A stretch of 64,000 nucleotides of DNA, from contig CAKOJR010000001.1 of NCBI GenBank assembly GCA_934090735.1, forward strand, positions 4,682 to 68,681, in the 5' to 3' direction. The notes beneath the pieces were generated by a model. That model was not told the DNA's origin. It saw nothing but the letters and a program-made list of their open reading frames with translations, and did no database searches. Shown here in pieces: positions 1 through 9,965 of this stretch. Both the position numbers and the translations under genes were made by a program. The DNA is from an uncultured Bacilli bacterium. Its GTDB lineage: Bacteria > Bacillota_I > Bacilli_A > RF39 > UBA660. How positions within the stretch are numbered: position 1 is the stretch's first letter; the number at the start of each line of letters is the position of its first letter.

Positions 1-687
1 AGCGTTGGTTATCGTGTTAAAAGTAAAAATGGTGTTATTTTTAGAAAGTGGGCTAATAAAATTTTAAAAGATTATATGATTAAAGGTTATGCAGTTAATC
101 AAAAGAGATTAGAATATCTAGAAAAAACTGTTAAGTTAATTGATATTGCAGGAAGAATTGATATAAATTTAAAAGGAAATGAAGCACGGGAAATTATTAA
201 AGTAATAAATAATTATTCTAATGCTCTGAATTTACTTGATGATTATGATCACAAAAGAATAATTAAACCAAATGGTACAATTAATGAAAATAAAATTAAT
301 TATGAAGCTTGTATGAATATTGTTAATAAACTTAAATTTAGTAGTGATAGTGATTTATTTGCTCTTGAAAGAGATAACGGGGTGGAAGCAATTATTTTTG
401 ATATATATCAAACTTTTGATGGAAAGGACTTATACTCTTCAATCGAAGAAAAAGCAGCTAATTTTTTGTATTTAATTATAAAAAATCATGTGTTTATAGA
501 TGGCAACAAAAGAATAGCAGCGGCATTATTTATATATTTCTTAGATTTTTATAATCTTTTGTATTATAAAAATAAACAAGTAATTGATAATAATACTCTT
601 GTAGCAGTGACTTTATTAATAGCACAGTCTAATCCAAAAGAAAAAGAAATATTAATAGATTTAGTTATGAATTTTTTAAATAGATAA
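1..687 (+). CDS. RhuM-family virulence/Doc-Fic-motif protein, 5' partial (frame continues from window start)
   Basis: In-frame ORF from nt 1 (SVGYRVKSKNGVIFRKWANKILKDY... is typical of the RhuM N-terminal region). Contains HVFIDGNKR, matching the Doc/Fic-type HxFxDGNKR motif. Confidence 0.6.
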   Translation, partial: SVGYRVKSKNGVIFRKWANKILKDYMIKGYAVNQKRLEYLEKTVKLIDIAGRIDINLKGNEAREIIKVINNYSNALNLLDDYDHKRIIKPNGTINENKINYEACMNIVNKLKFSSDSDLFALERDNGVEAIIFDIYQTFDGKDLYSSIEEKAANFLYLIIKNHVFIDGNKRIAAALFIYFLDFYNLLYYKNKQVIDNNTLVAVTLLIAQSNPKEKEILIDLVMNFLNR

Positions 688-756
688 ATATTATATTTCT
701 TCTTGAATTTTGTATCTTTATATCATATAATTTTAATAGAATATAAGGTGATTATA

Positions 757-2322
757 GTGGAAGATAAAATATTAAATGATAAGAATAAATTAAAAATATT
801 TGCTTCTTTATTAATAGTTGTTTTACTAGTAATGGGAGTAAGTTTTGCTATATTTCAGAATTTTACAAGACAGAGTAGCACTAATAATTTAGGAGCAACT
901 AATTGTTTTAGTATATCTTTTGAGGGTGTTAGTGATGCTCTTAATTTAGAAAATGATTATCCAATTCCGGATAAAGAGGGACTCCAAAGAAATCCTTATA
1001 CATTTAAAGTAACAAATAATTGTGATAGTTATTTATCACTTGTTATTGGAGTAGAAACATTAAGTACAAGTGAAATACCAGCAAGTTTAATTAAAGGAGT
1101 AATTAAAAAAAGTGGTATAAAGCCAACAAGTGCAACTATTTTATCTAGTGGTAATACTATGGAAGCACAAAATGGTGGAGTAGCTTATGAATTGTTAAAG
1201 GATGGAATAGGAGCTAAAAAATCAAAAACTTATGATTTAAGATTATGGTTTGATGAAAGCATGACTAAAGAACAAGGGGCTACTAAGAAATATCAAGGAA
1301 AGGTTATTGTTGGTGCAAGTGCAGATGTAGAACCTCCAAAAAATTTAAGAGAAGCAATACTAGCAAATAATGAAGTTAAGACTCCAATAACTACACCAGG
1401 AGCAGCAATATCTACTGCTGATGAAGCATTACTTGCATCTACAGAAGATGATTATGGAACATCTTATTACTTTAGAGGTGCGGTAACAAATAACTATGTA
1501 GAATTTGCTAATAAGTGCTGGAGAATAGTAAGAGTTGGTGGAGATGGTTCAGTTAAACTTATCTTACATAATGATAATACTAAAAAAGTTGCTAATCCTT
1601 GTGATGCTGCAAATAATAGTATAAGTGCAGCATTTGCAAGATACTCTGGTACAACATTGGCAAGTAAATTTAATACAAACTATGATGATAATGCTTATGT
1701 AGGATTTAAGTATGGAACACCAGGTTCTAGTACATATGAAGCAACACATGCAAACACAAATAATAGTACAATACTAACTAATTTAGAGACATGGTATACA
1801 AATAATTTAAAAGATTATGCTGATACTATAGCTGATACTGAATGGTGCAATGATAAAACAAATGTAACAGATAAAACTTACAATCCAGGGAATGTGAATG
1901 GTGTTAATGGTTATGGATATGCTAAGAATATAACATATTATGGTGCTACACAAAGATTAGTAAGCACAAGTAATAGTGCTGGAGGCACTGGTCCTAGTTT
2001 AAAATGTAATGGAGAATTAAGTAAAATAACATCAAAAGTAGGGCTAATAACAGCAGATGAATTAGCATTTGCTGGATATGCTTTTAATATTAGCAATACA
2101 ACATATTTACAAGAAAATGCTATTAGTACTTATTGGTGGTCTTTGTCTCCTATCTACTTCCATGGCGGCAACGCTTACGTTTGGGGCGTTAGCGGCACCA
2201 GTGGCGACTTATTCTTCAACTACGTGGGCTTCAGCGGCGGCGTTCGCCCGGCCATTTCTCTTATATCTTCGACCAACGTAACTGGCGGTGGAACTAGTGA
2301 TAATCCTTACAAAGTGGTTTGA
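757..2322 (+). CDS. Membrane-anchored surface protein, paralog A of a 4-member family. TasA/camelysin-like N-terminal region, conserved core, C-terminal RPAISL...GTSDNPY module
   Basis: GTG start at 757 preceded by AAGGTG SD. The ORF track's TTG at 703 is less likely. N-terminal TM helix, then N-x-[FI]-x-AT..F and PYTFKVTNNCDSYL resembling the SipW-cognate/TasA region. Core LLASTEDDYGTSYYFRGAVTNNYVEFANKCWRIVR is shared with 17181.., 51649.. and the pseudogene at 59717... Confidence 0.7.
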   Translation: MEDKILNDKNKLKIFASLLIVVLLVMGVSFAIFQNFTRQSSTNNLGATNCFSISFEGVSDALNLENDYPIPDKEGLQRNPYTFKVTNNCDSYLSLVIGVETLSTSEIPASLIKGVIKKSGIKPTSATILSSGNTMEAQNGGVAYELLKDGIGAKKSKTYDLRLWFDESMTKEQGATKKYQGKVIVGASADVEPPKNLREAILANNEVKTPITTPGAAISTADEALLASTEDDYGTSYYFRGAVTNNYVEFANKCWRIVRVGGDGSVKLILHNDNTKKVANPCDAANNSISAAFARYSGTTLASKFNTNYDDNAYVGFKYGTPGSSTYEATHANTNNSTILTNLETWYTNNLKDYADTIADTEWCNDKTNVTDKTYNPGNVNGVNGYGYAKNITYYGATQRLVSTSNSAGGTGPSLKCNGELSKITSKVGLITADELAFAGYAFNISNTTYLQENAISTYWWSLSPIYFHGGNAYVWGVSGTSGDLFFNYVGFSGGVRPAISLISSTNVTGGGTSDNPYKVV

Positions 2323-2335
2323 CTTTAGTTTGTGC

Positions 2336-2364
2336 TTGACAAGTGTGTGTTATTGGCATATAAT
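2336..2364 (+). promoter_or_regulatory. Consensus sigmaA-type promoter (TTGACA-17-TATAAT) driving the ileS T-box leader
   Basis: TTGACA at 2336-2341, 17-nt spacer, TATAAT at 2359-2364. Confidence 0.6.
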
Positions 2365-2370
2365 TTATGG

Positions 2371-2600
2371 CATAAGCAGTTGATGAAGACGTTGATATGA
2401 AAGGTATTTAGAGAGCTTACGTTGTGGTGAAAGTAAGTATACTGGAAGTATTAAGGATCACTTCGGATGTTACTATAGGATAAGTATAGTACGGTATCTA
2501 CGTTATAGATAATGAGTGTATGAAATAAGTTCATAAATTAAGGTGGTAACACGGGTTTGACTCGTCCTTAGATTATGGGCTTTTTTATTTTAGGAAGGGA
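2371..2600 (+). promoter_or_regulatory. T-box riboswitch leader (Ile specifier) of ileS
   Basis: Conserved T-box sequence AATTAAGGTGGTAACACGG (about 2536-2556), followed by TCGTCCTT and a GC hairpin plus T-run terminator. AUC-containing loop (aggATCac) is a plausible Ile specifier. Confidence 0.75.
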
Positions 2601-2607
2601 GATTTTT

Positions 2608-5328
2608 ATGGATTATAAGGAAACACTTTTGATGCCTAAGACTGAGTTTCAGATGAAGGGCAATTTACCGGAGAATGAGAAGGTACAACGTGCTAAGTGG
2701 GAAGAAATGGACTTATATAATAAGTTAAGAGAGAAGAATAAGGGAAGGGAGCCTTTTGTGTTACATGATGGGCCTCCTTATGCGAATGGTTCTATTCATA
2801 TTGGTCATGCGATGAATAAGATTTTAAAGGATTTTGTTAATCGTTATGCTGCGATGAGTGGTAGGGATATGATTTATATTCCTGGATGGGATACTCATGG
2901 TCTTCCAATAGAGCAAGCAGTTACTAATAGTGGTGTTGATCGTAAGAGTATGGATAAGGCTGAATTTAGAGCTATTTGTGAAGAGTATGCTAAGAAGCAG
3001 ATTGCTATGCAGATGGAAGGTTTTAAGGCTTTAAATGTTATTGCTGATTGGGATAATTATTATGCTACGTTCCAACATGAGTTAGAGGCTAGACAAATTG
3101 AAGTATTTGCTGAGATGGCTCGTAAGGGGTTAATCTTTAAGGGAATGAAACCTGTATACTGGTCACCATCTAGTGAGAGTGCTTTAGCTGAAGCTGAAAT
3201 TGAGTATCATGATAGAAAGGATCCTTCTATATTTGTTGCTTTTGAAGTAGAGGAAGGTAATAGTGTTGTTGATAAGGGAGATTATTTAGTTATTTGGACT
3301 ACTACTCCTTGGACACTTCCTGGTAATACTGCTATATGTGTTGGACCTAATTTAGAGTATTCTAGAGTACTTGTTAATGGTAAGAAGTATGTTGTTGCGG
3401 CTGACCTTCTTGATTCACTTAAGGGTGAGTTTGGATGGGAAAATGTAGAAGTTATTAACAATTTTTATGGTACTGATTTAGAGTATGTTAAGTATAAACA
3501 TCCATTTATGGATAGAATTAGTCCAGTTGTGTTAGGTGATCACGTAACACTTGATGCAGGTTCTGGTCTTGTTCATACAGCACCTAGTTATGGTGAAGAT
3601 GACTTTAATGTTGGTAAGAAGTATAATCTAGAGATGGTGTTTGGTGTTGATGATAATGGATGCTTAAATGCTGAGTCTGGTGAAAGATTTAAGGGATTAT
3701 TCTTTGAGGATGCTAATAAAGAGGTCGTTAAGTATTTAGATGAGTTAGGTGTATTATTAAAGCTTAAGTTTATTACACACTCTTATCCACATGATTGGCG
3801 TACTAAGAAACCTATTATATTTAGAGCAACTGCTCAGTGGTTCTGTAGTATTGATAAGATTAAAGATGATATCTTAAATGAGATTGATAATAATATTAAC
3901 TGGCTTCCTGAGTGGGGTAAAGTTAGACTTCATAATATGATTGAAGGAAGAGGAGACTGGTGTATTTCTCGTCAAAGAGTTTGGGGAGTACCACTACCTA
4001 TTTTCTATAATGAAGATGGTTCTGCTATTTTAGATTATGATGTTATGATGCATGTTGCAGAGTTATTTAGAGAGCATGGTTCTAATTATTGGTTTATGAA
4101 GGATGCTAAGGATTTACTTCCTGAAGGTTATACTAATCCAGCTAGTCCAAATGGTAAGTTTACTAAAGAGATGGATATCATGGATGTATGGTTTGATTCA
4201 GGCTCTACTCATACTGGTGTATTATTAGGCAGAAATTTACCATATCCAGCTGATGTTTATTTAGAGGGTTGTGATCAATATCGTGGATGGTTTAATTCAT
4301 CATTAATTACTGGTGTAGCAGTTCATGGTAAGAGTCCTTATAAGACTTGTATAAGTCATGGATTTACTTTAGATGCTAAGGGTAATAAGATGAGTAAGAG
4401 TCTTGGTAATGGTATTGATCCACTTAAAGAGATTAGTATTAGAGGTGCTGATGTATTACGTTTATGGGTAGCTTCTACTGATTATACTGAGGATGTAAGA
4501 ATTGGTGATGAGATTCTTAAACAAGTTCAAGAGAGTTATCGTAAGATTAGAAATACTGCTAAGTTTATTTTAGGTAATTTAAATGATTTTGATCCTAATA
4601 AAGATGTGGTTAGTTTTGATGAGATGAAAGAGTATGATAAGTACATGATGAGTGAACTTAATAAGTATGTTAAGAATGTTAGAGGTGCTTATGATAGATA
4701 TTCTTATCAAGAGGTTTATAAGTATACTAATAATTTTATAAGTTTCACTTTATCTAATTTCTATTTAGATTTTACTAAGGATATTTTGTATATTGAGAAG
4801 AAGGATTCTTTAGTAAGAAGAAGTGTACAGACTGTGTTATATAATATTATTACTAAGTTAGATGTTCTTCTTGCACCAATCTTACCTTATACTACTGAAG
4901 AGATTTATCGTTATATTCCTGGAGAAAAGAAAGAAAGTGTTCATTTATTAGATATGCCTGAAGTTATGGATGTAAAAGTAGATGATGAGTTATGGAGTAA
5001 TTTCTTTAAGGTTAAGGATGATGTTTATAAGGCATTAGAGACTGCTCGTAATGAGAAAGTTATTGGTTCTGGATTAGAAGCTAATGTATACTTGAATTTA
5101 CCTGATACATTTAATAATGTTAAAGAAGTTTTAGGTGATGTTATTCATCAGTTATTAATTGTTTCTAAAGTAGTATTTACTAGTGAAGAATTACCTAAGT
5201 ATGATAATGTATCTGTTAAGATTGAAAGAAGCATTGGTGAGAAGTGTAATAGATGCTGGAATTATGTTGATGAATTAGAGGACGGCATTTGTCATAGATG
5301 CGCTAGTATATTAAATGATAATGAGTAA
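2608..5328 (+). CDS. ileS: Isoleucine--tRNA ligase
   Basis: ATG 2608 after GGAAGGGA SD. HIGH-region PPYANGSIHIGH, KMSKS motif (KMSKSLGN), C-terminal CxxC...CxxC zinc finger; 906 aa. Confidence 0.95.
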   Translation: MDYKETLLMPKTEFQMKGNLPENEKVQRAKWEEMDLYNKLREKNKGREPFVLHDGPPYANGSIHIGHAMNKILKDFVNRYAAMSGRDMIYIPGWDTHGLPIEQAVTNSGVDRKSMDKAEFRAICEEYAKKQIAMQMEGFKALNVIADWDNYYATFQHELEARQIEVFAEMARKGLIFKGMKPVYWSPSSESALAEAEIEYHDRKDPSIFVAFEVEEGNSVVDKGDYLVIWTTTPWTLPGNTAICVGPNLEYSRVLVNGKKYVVAADLLDSLKGEFGWENVEVINNFYGTDLEYVKYKHPFMDRISPVVLGDHVTLDAGSGLVHTAPSYGEDDFNVGKKYNLEMVFGVDDNGCLNAESGERFKGLFFEDANKEVVKYLDELGVLLKLKFITHSYPHDWRTKKPIIFRATAQWFCSIDKIKDDILNEIDNNINWLPEWGKVRLHNMIEGRGDWCISRQRVWGVPLPIFYNEDGSAILDYDVMMHVAELFREHGSNYWFMKDAKDLLPEGYTNPASPNGKFTKEMDIMDVWFDSGSTHTGVLLGRNLPYPADVYLEGCDQYRGWFNSSLITGVAVHGKSPYKTCISHGFTLDAKGNKMSKSLGNGIDPLKEISIRGADVLRLWVASTDYTEDVRIGDEILKQVQESYRKIRNTAKFILGNLNDFDPNKDVVSFDEMKEYDKYMMSELNKYVKNVRGAYDRYSYQEVYKYTNNFISFTLSNFYLDFTKDILYIEKKDSLVRRSVQTVLYNIITKLDVLLAPILPYTTEEIYRYIPGEKKESVHLLDMPEVMDVKVDDELWSNFFKVKDDVYKALETARNEKVIGSGLEANVYLNLPDTFNNVKEVLGDVIHQLLIVSKVVFTSEELPKYDNVSVKIERSIGEKCNRCWNYVDELEDGICHRCASILNDNE

Positions 5329-5342
5329 TCGTTAGATAAATA

Positions 5343-5381
5343 AAAAAGCTTACAATATTTGGTTATTGTAGGCTTTTTTGA
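5343..5381. terminator. Bidirectional rho-independent terminator between ileS and the convergent gene
   Basis: Hairpin aagcttacaata/tattgtaggctt flanked by A-run on one side and T-run on the other. Confidence 0.6.
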
Positions 5382-7246
5382 TTGTCTTTATTCATTTCTT
5401 TGAAGTCTATTATAGATTCATTAATTGTTCTTCTTATTAACTCTCTAATTTGTTCATCTTCTTCATGTTCTTTTAGATATTCTTCGTCTTTTGTAAATGT
5501 TTCTTCTAAGTCTTCTAATAGAACTTGTCTTTCCATTTTATCAGTTAGTAATAGGCCACTTCTTAACATGCTTGTAAGTAGGGATATTTCATATGGATAT
5601 TCTTCTAAGTCAGCGTCATAGTAGTCAAGTAAGGCATCAATTGCTAGGTTAGCAGTATCTATTCCTAAAGTAACTGTTAATTCTTCTTTTTCTTCTTCTA
5701 ATAAATCATTTTTCATTGCTATTGATTTGGTTAAGTTTTTAGGGAATGTTCCTTTATTTTGAAAGAATTCTTCTTCTATTCCAGGGCTTGCATATAGAAG
5801 GTAATATTTTTGTTTAATACTTTCTTTTGTATCTTCTTCTTCAATGAAAGAGATTGTTCTTTTGCTGATTTCATCACTTATGCGTTTTTCAAAGTCTCTT
5901 AGTGATGATATTTTTTTATGATATGAAGGAACTATTTCTTTAACGTCTTTATCTAAATTATGTTCATATGCTTCGTCATTTTCAAATAAGATATTTTTTA
6001 TTAATTGAAGAGCTCGGTAGGCAGTTACGACTGTTTCGTTTTCACCATAAACTAGAATAAGCTCTACTGGAGATTTTAATTCATCGTTTATTGTTTCAAT
6101 TAAATATTCGATAATATTGGGAATAATTTCAGGATACATTCTAAAGTAGTTAAGTAGAGTTTTTTCTTCATCGTTGTAAAGAGCAAGTAGATCAGTTAAA
6201 TTTTTAGTAAATAAACTATCTTTTAAATCTTTGATTTCTAGACTTGCTAGACCGCGATAAGCATTAAGAATTTGGCTTTCTAATTCAAGTAAGTCTTTAA
6301 GCATTTTGATATCAGTGTCATTTAAACCATAGGCAGACATTCTTAAAGATTCTAAATCATCATCTTTTGATAGTTCCTTTTTTGTCTGGGAGTTATTTTT
6401 GATGATTTCAAATAGTTTTTCTTTAACGTTTTCACTTTCACCCAAGCTTTCAATATATTCTTTAATATCTTTAATTGCTTCTTTGGATTGATATGATAAT
6501 GCAGCTTTAAAGTATGTATATAAAATATCGTCTTCATCAATGATTAAGGCATCTAGTGCTTCATCAATTTTTTCACCTATGTGACGATCTAGAAAAATTT
6601 CTTTTTGAGTTCTTGTTACCATTGTATTAAATGAAACATCGGTATTTTGTTTTTTAGGTATTGGTTCAAATGAAGACTGCACTAGAATATTTTCAATGTA
6701 TGGTGTAATAAATGATAAGTTATATTTAGCTTTTATGTTTCCTTCATCATCTAATAGAGTGTATAATGTTTTAGCAAATGATTCATCTATTAATGGAATC
6801 TCTTTAAATAAATAAGCTTCAATAGTACTTTCTTCGTCACCAGGGAATTTTATTTGTTTAACAAGTTTTTTGTTTATTAGATAACTAAATAATGATTTAT
6901 CACTTGTGATAGCATTTTCTAGAGTTGTTAAGATTCTTCTTGTGATAAGTGTGTCTCTTGATGGAGTGAGAAGTGCTTCTAAAGGTGTACATTTACTTGC
7001 AAATGATTTTGCTAGTTCTGTATATGTACTTAAAGCTGCTGTAGGGTTAGCAGTAAAATAGTTATATTCTTCTTGTTCTTCTTTTATAAGTGCTTCAATA
7101 AATACAGATAAATTCTTTTTTCTTCTATCGTAATCTGGGTGTTTGTCTTTAGTTTCTTCTAGAATAATTAGGCTTTGATAATATTCATATATTTTCATAT
7201 CAAGCTCAATTATTTTATTTATTTTTCTTTTAATAAAGTTATTCAT
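5363..7246 (-). CDS. Hypothetical acidic protein (627 aa), no recognised domain
   Basis: Long ORF with genome-typical codon usage, Glu/Asp/Lys-rich; convergent with ileS. Confidence 0.5.
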   Translation of the reverse strand: MNNFIKRKINKIIELDMKIYEYYQSLIILEETKDKHPDYDRRKKNLSVFIEALIKEEQEEYNYFTANPTAALSTYTELAKSFASKCTPLEALLTPSRDTLITRRILTTLENAITSDKSLFSYLINKKLVKQIKFPGDEESTIEAYLFKEIPLIDESFAKTLYTLLDDEGNIKAKYNLSFITPYIENILVQSSFEPIPKKQNTDVSFNTMVTRTQKEIFLDRHIGEKIDEALDALIIDEDDILYTYFKAALSYQSKEAIKDIKEYIESLGESENVKEKLFEIIKNNSQTKKELSKDDDLESLRMSAYGLNDTDIKMLKDLLELESQILNAYRGLASLEIKDLKDSLFTKNLTDLLALYNDEEKTLLNYFRMYPEIIPNIIEYLIETINDELKSPVELILVYGENETVVTAYRALQLIKNILFENDEAYEHNLDKDVKEIVPSYHKKISSLRDFEKRISDEISKRTISFIEEEDTKESIKQKYYLLYASPGIEEEFFQNKGTFPKNLTKSIAMKNDLLEEEKEELTVTLGIDTANLAIDALLDYYDADLEEYPYEISLLTSMLRSGLLLTDKMERQVLLEDLEETFTKDEEYLKEHEEDEQIRELIRRTINESIIDFKEMNKDNQKSLQ

Positions 7247-7397
7247 AATAATCCCTTCTTTTTGCTATTTATAATAGCACAAAATCATGTAATATTAAAT
7301 CTTTTTTTTGTTTTAAATTTATTTCTTGATATAAAGTTTTATATAATTTATAATTTAGATGTAATGATTGTTGTTTTGGAATTAAAGAGGTATGTGT

Positions 7398-9125
7398 ATG
7401 AAAGAATTTGTAAAGAATATTAAGAAGTTAAAGAAATATTGTAAAGGACAAAATGGAAGAATTTTTTTACTTATTCTTTTTAGTTTAATAATGGTAGCTT
7501 TAAATGTCGTAATGCCATTAATTAGTGCAAGAATTATCGTGTTACTTACTGAAAATAATTATTTAAGAATAATTTATATGGCTATTGTTATTTTAGTGAT
7601 TAATTCATCTCATAGTTTGGCAGAATATTTTACTCATAGGATTAAATTAAAGTTATTTAGGGATATTTTAAATGAGTTGGTTATTGATTTAAGTAGTAAT
7701 ATTTTAAGAATTGAAAATCAATGTTTAGATAGTCATGGAAGTGGGGTATTTATTCAGAGATTAACCGGGGATGCTGAAAGATTATCTGAGGTTATAGACA
7801 CAACAATTTTAAAAATATCAAATATTTTAAGATATTTAGGAATTATTATAGCTATATTTGTTGTTAATAAGTTGGTTTTTATTTATGTTATTTTAATGTT
7901 AGTAATTTTGTTTGTACTTGAACACTATAGAACTTTAAAGAAAAAAGAGAATGATAAAATATATCGCGTTTCTAGGGAGCGTACTTCTAGTTTTATGATT
8001 GAACTTGTTAGAGGTGCTAGAGATATAAAGATGCTTAATAGTGAGAATGATTTTACTAATGAGTTAGATAGTAAGATTAAAGATACTAATAATTTGGCAT
8101 TTAAGATGAAGAAAATTAATTGGAATTATAGATTACTTATTTTTTTCATTATGGACTTAAGTGAGTTCTTTTCAATTTGTTTATTGATTTTACTTATGAG
8201 TAAGAATATGATTGATTATGCAGTAGCGTTAGTTTTATATAATTATTGTAATAATGTTAATGGTGCTATATATGTTGTTGGTGACTTAGTTGAATATATA
8301 AGAGATTTTAATTTATCTTGTGATAGAGTATTTGCTATTATAAGTAGTAAAGAGTTTAAAAAAGAAAAATTTGGTAAAACTAAATTAAAAAGTATTAATG
8401 GAGATTTTGAATTTAAAAATGTAAGCTTTAGTTATGGAAAAGTGAAAGTGCTTAAAGATTTATCTTTTAAAGTTAAAGCTAATGAAACCGTGGCTTTTGT
8501 TGGTAAGAGTGGAGCAGGTAAAACAACTATATTTAATTTATTATGTAAAATGTATGATGCTGATAAAGGAAAGATTATGATTGATGGGGTTGATATAAAG
8601 AAACTTGATAAGGATAGTATTAGAGGAAATATTACTGTTATAAGTCAGTCACCTTATATTTTTAATGTAAGTATTAAAGATAATTTAAAACTAGTTAAAA
8701 GAGATATGACAGATGAGGAGATGTTTGATGCTTGTAAAATGGCTTGCTTAGATGACTTTATTAATTCATTACCTGATAAGTATAATACTGTTGTTGGTGA
8801 GGGCGGTATTAATTTATCTGGTGGTCAGAAGCAAAGACTTGCAATTGCTAGAGCTTTAGTTCAAAAAACAGAGATTATTCTTTTTGATGAAGCGACAAGT
8901 GCACTTGATAATGAAACTCAAGAAAAGATTCAAAAAGCCATTAATAATATGAAAAATGAATATACAATCTTAATTATTGCTCATAGGCTTTCAACAATAG
9001 TTGGTGCTGATAGAATTTTATTTTTAAATGATGGTAAGATAGAGTGCGAGGGCTCTCATGAATATTTATTAAAGAATTGTTTAGATTATAAAAAATTGTA
9101 TGAGGCTGAAATTACAAAGAATTAA
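7398..9125 (+). CDS. ABC transporter, fused permease/ATP-binding protein (type I exporter)
   Basis: N-terminal TM domain. Walker A GKSGAGKTT, signature LSGGQKQRLAIARAL, Walker B ILFDEATSALD. ATG 7398 has better SD spacing than 7392. Confidence 0.85.
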   Translation: MKEFVKNIKKLKKYCKGQNGRIFLLILFSLIMVALNVVMPLISARIIVLLTENNYLRIIYMAIVILVINSSHSLAEYFTHRIKLKLFRDILNELVIDLSSNILRIENQCLDSHGSGVFIQRLTGDAERLSEVIDTTILKISNILRYLGIIIAIFVVNKLVFIYVILMLVILFVLEHYRTLKKKENDKIYRVSRERTSSFMIELVRGARDIKMLNSENDFTNELDSKIKDTNNLAFKMKKINWNYRLLIFFIMDLSEFFSICLLILLMSKNMIDYAVALVLYNYCNNVNGAIYVVGDLVEYIRDFNLSCDRVFAIISSKEFKKEKFGKTKLKSINGDFEFKNVSFSYGKVKVLKDLSFKVKANETVAFVGKSGAGKTTIFNLLCKMYDADKGKIMIDGVDIKKLDKDSIRGNITVISQSPYIFNVSIKDNLKLVKRDMTDEEMFDACKMACLDDFINSLPDKYNTVVGEGGINLSGGQKQRLAIARALVQKTEIILFDEATSALDNETQEKIQKAINNMKNEYTILIIAHRLSTIVGADRILFLNDGKIECEGSHEYLLKNCLDYKKLYEAEITKN

Positions 9126-9150
9126 GAGGTAGACCTCTTTTTTTTATTTT
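9124..9150 (+). terminator. Rho-independent terminator after ABC exporter
   Basis: gagg-taga-cctc hairpin followed by T8. Confidence 0.55.
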
Positions 9151-9152
9151 TC

Positions 9153-9179
9153 TAAAAAAACACATCTATAAAGATGTGC
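9153..9179 (-). terminator. Rho-independent terminator after rpsD
   Basis: cacatct/agatgtg hairpin followed (minus strand) by T7. Confidence 0.55.
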
Positions 9180-9189
9180 TTAATGTTTA

Positions 9190-9792
9190 CTATCTGTTGT
9201 AGTATTCAACAATTAGTGATTCATTGATATCAGCGTTTAGTTCACTTCTTTCTGGAAGTCTTAAGTAAGTTCCAGTCATTTTCTTATCGTCAAATTCAAC
9301 ATATGCAGGACGATTTAAAGTGTTTTCTAAAGCTTGTTTCATTGCTGGATGGTTAAGTGACTTTTCTTTAACAGAAATAGTACTACCAACTTTAACATTG
9401 TATGATGGGATGTCTACACATTCTCCATTAACAAGAATATGTCCATGGTTAACAAGTTGTCTTGCACCACGTCTAGTATTAGCTAGACCCATACGATATA
9501 CAACGTTATCTAAACGACTTTCTAAAAGTTTTAGGAAGTTTTCACCAGCGATACCTTTCATTTTAGAAGCTCTTTCGAAAGTATGAGCAAATTGTTTTTC
9601 AGTTAAACCATACATAAATCTAACTTTTTGTTTTTCTTCTAACTGAATACCATATTCACTAAGTTTTCTTCTTCTGCTTGTTCCATGAATTCCAGGAGCA
9701 TAAGGACGTTTAGCTAGTTCTTTACCATTTTCTAGGCATGAGAAACCTAACTTACGTGATTTCTTATAAGCTGGACCAGTATATCTTGACAT
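9190..9792 (-). CDS. rpsD: 30S ribosomal protein S4
   Basis: [16 protein letters not shown]... N-terminus and full-length similarity to uS4; 200 aa. Confidence 0.95.
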   Translation of the reverse strand: MSRYTGPAYKKSRKLGFSCLENGKELAKRPYAPGIHGTSRRRKLSEYGIQLEEKQKVRFMYGLTEKQFAHTFERASKMKGIAGENFLKLLESRLDNVVYRMGLANTRRGARQLVNHGHILVNGECVDIPSYNVKVGSTISVKEKSLNHPAMKQALENTLNRPAYVEFDDKKMTGTYLRLPERSELNADINESLIVEYYNR

Positions 9793-9965
9793 AATATTTC
9801 TCCTTTCTTTCGTTTAAAGGAATTCTTATCTTCTAAGTAGGGTGTTTATTATTTTTTTCACTTAAGGCAGTTAAGTTACTAAAGTTCTTGCAAATAAACA
9901 CGTTATAAGTTAATAAGAACCTGCCTAAATACGCAAGAGTATTATATATTAAATGTATGCAAATG

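Noticed and set aside
1564-1749. 61-aa minus-strand ORF inside paralog A
   Set aside because: Antisense to a well-supported gene, Cys/Ile-rich low-complexity translation of AT-rich antisense; no SD.
2069-2281. 70-aa plus-strand ORF overlapping the 3' end of paralog A in another frame
   Set aside because: Artefact of the local GC-rich recoded segment (fewer stops); fully nested in the better-supported frame.
5382-5621. 79-aa plus-strand ORF antisense to the acidic protein gene
   Set aside because: Antisense shadow ORF; Ser-rich low-complexity.
7175-7423. 82-aa ORF across the ABC exporter promoter region
   Set aside because: AT-rich promoter/UTR sequence, overlaps two real gene boundaries, Ile/Phe/Asn low-complexity translation.
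9320-9586. 88-aa ORF antisense to rpsD
   Set aside because: Antisense shadow ORF within a highly conserved ribosomal protein gene.
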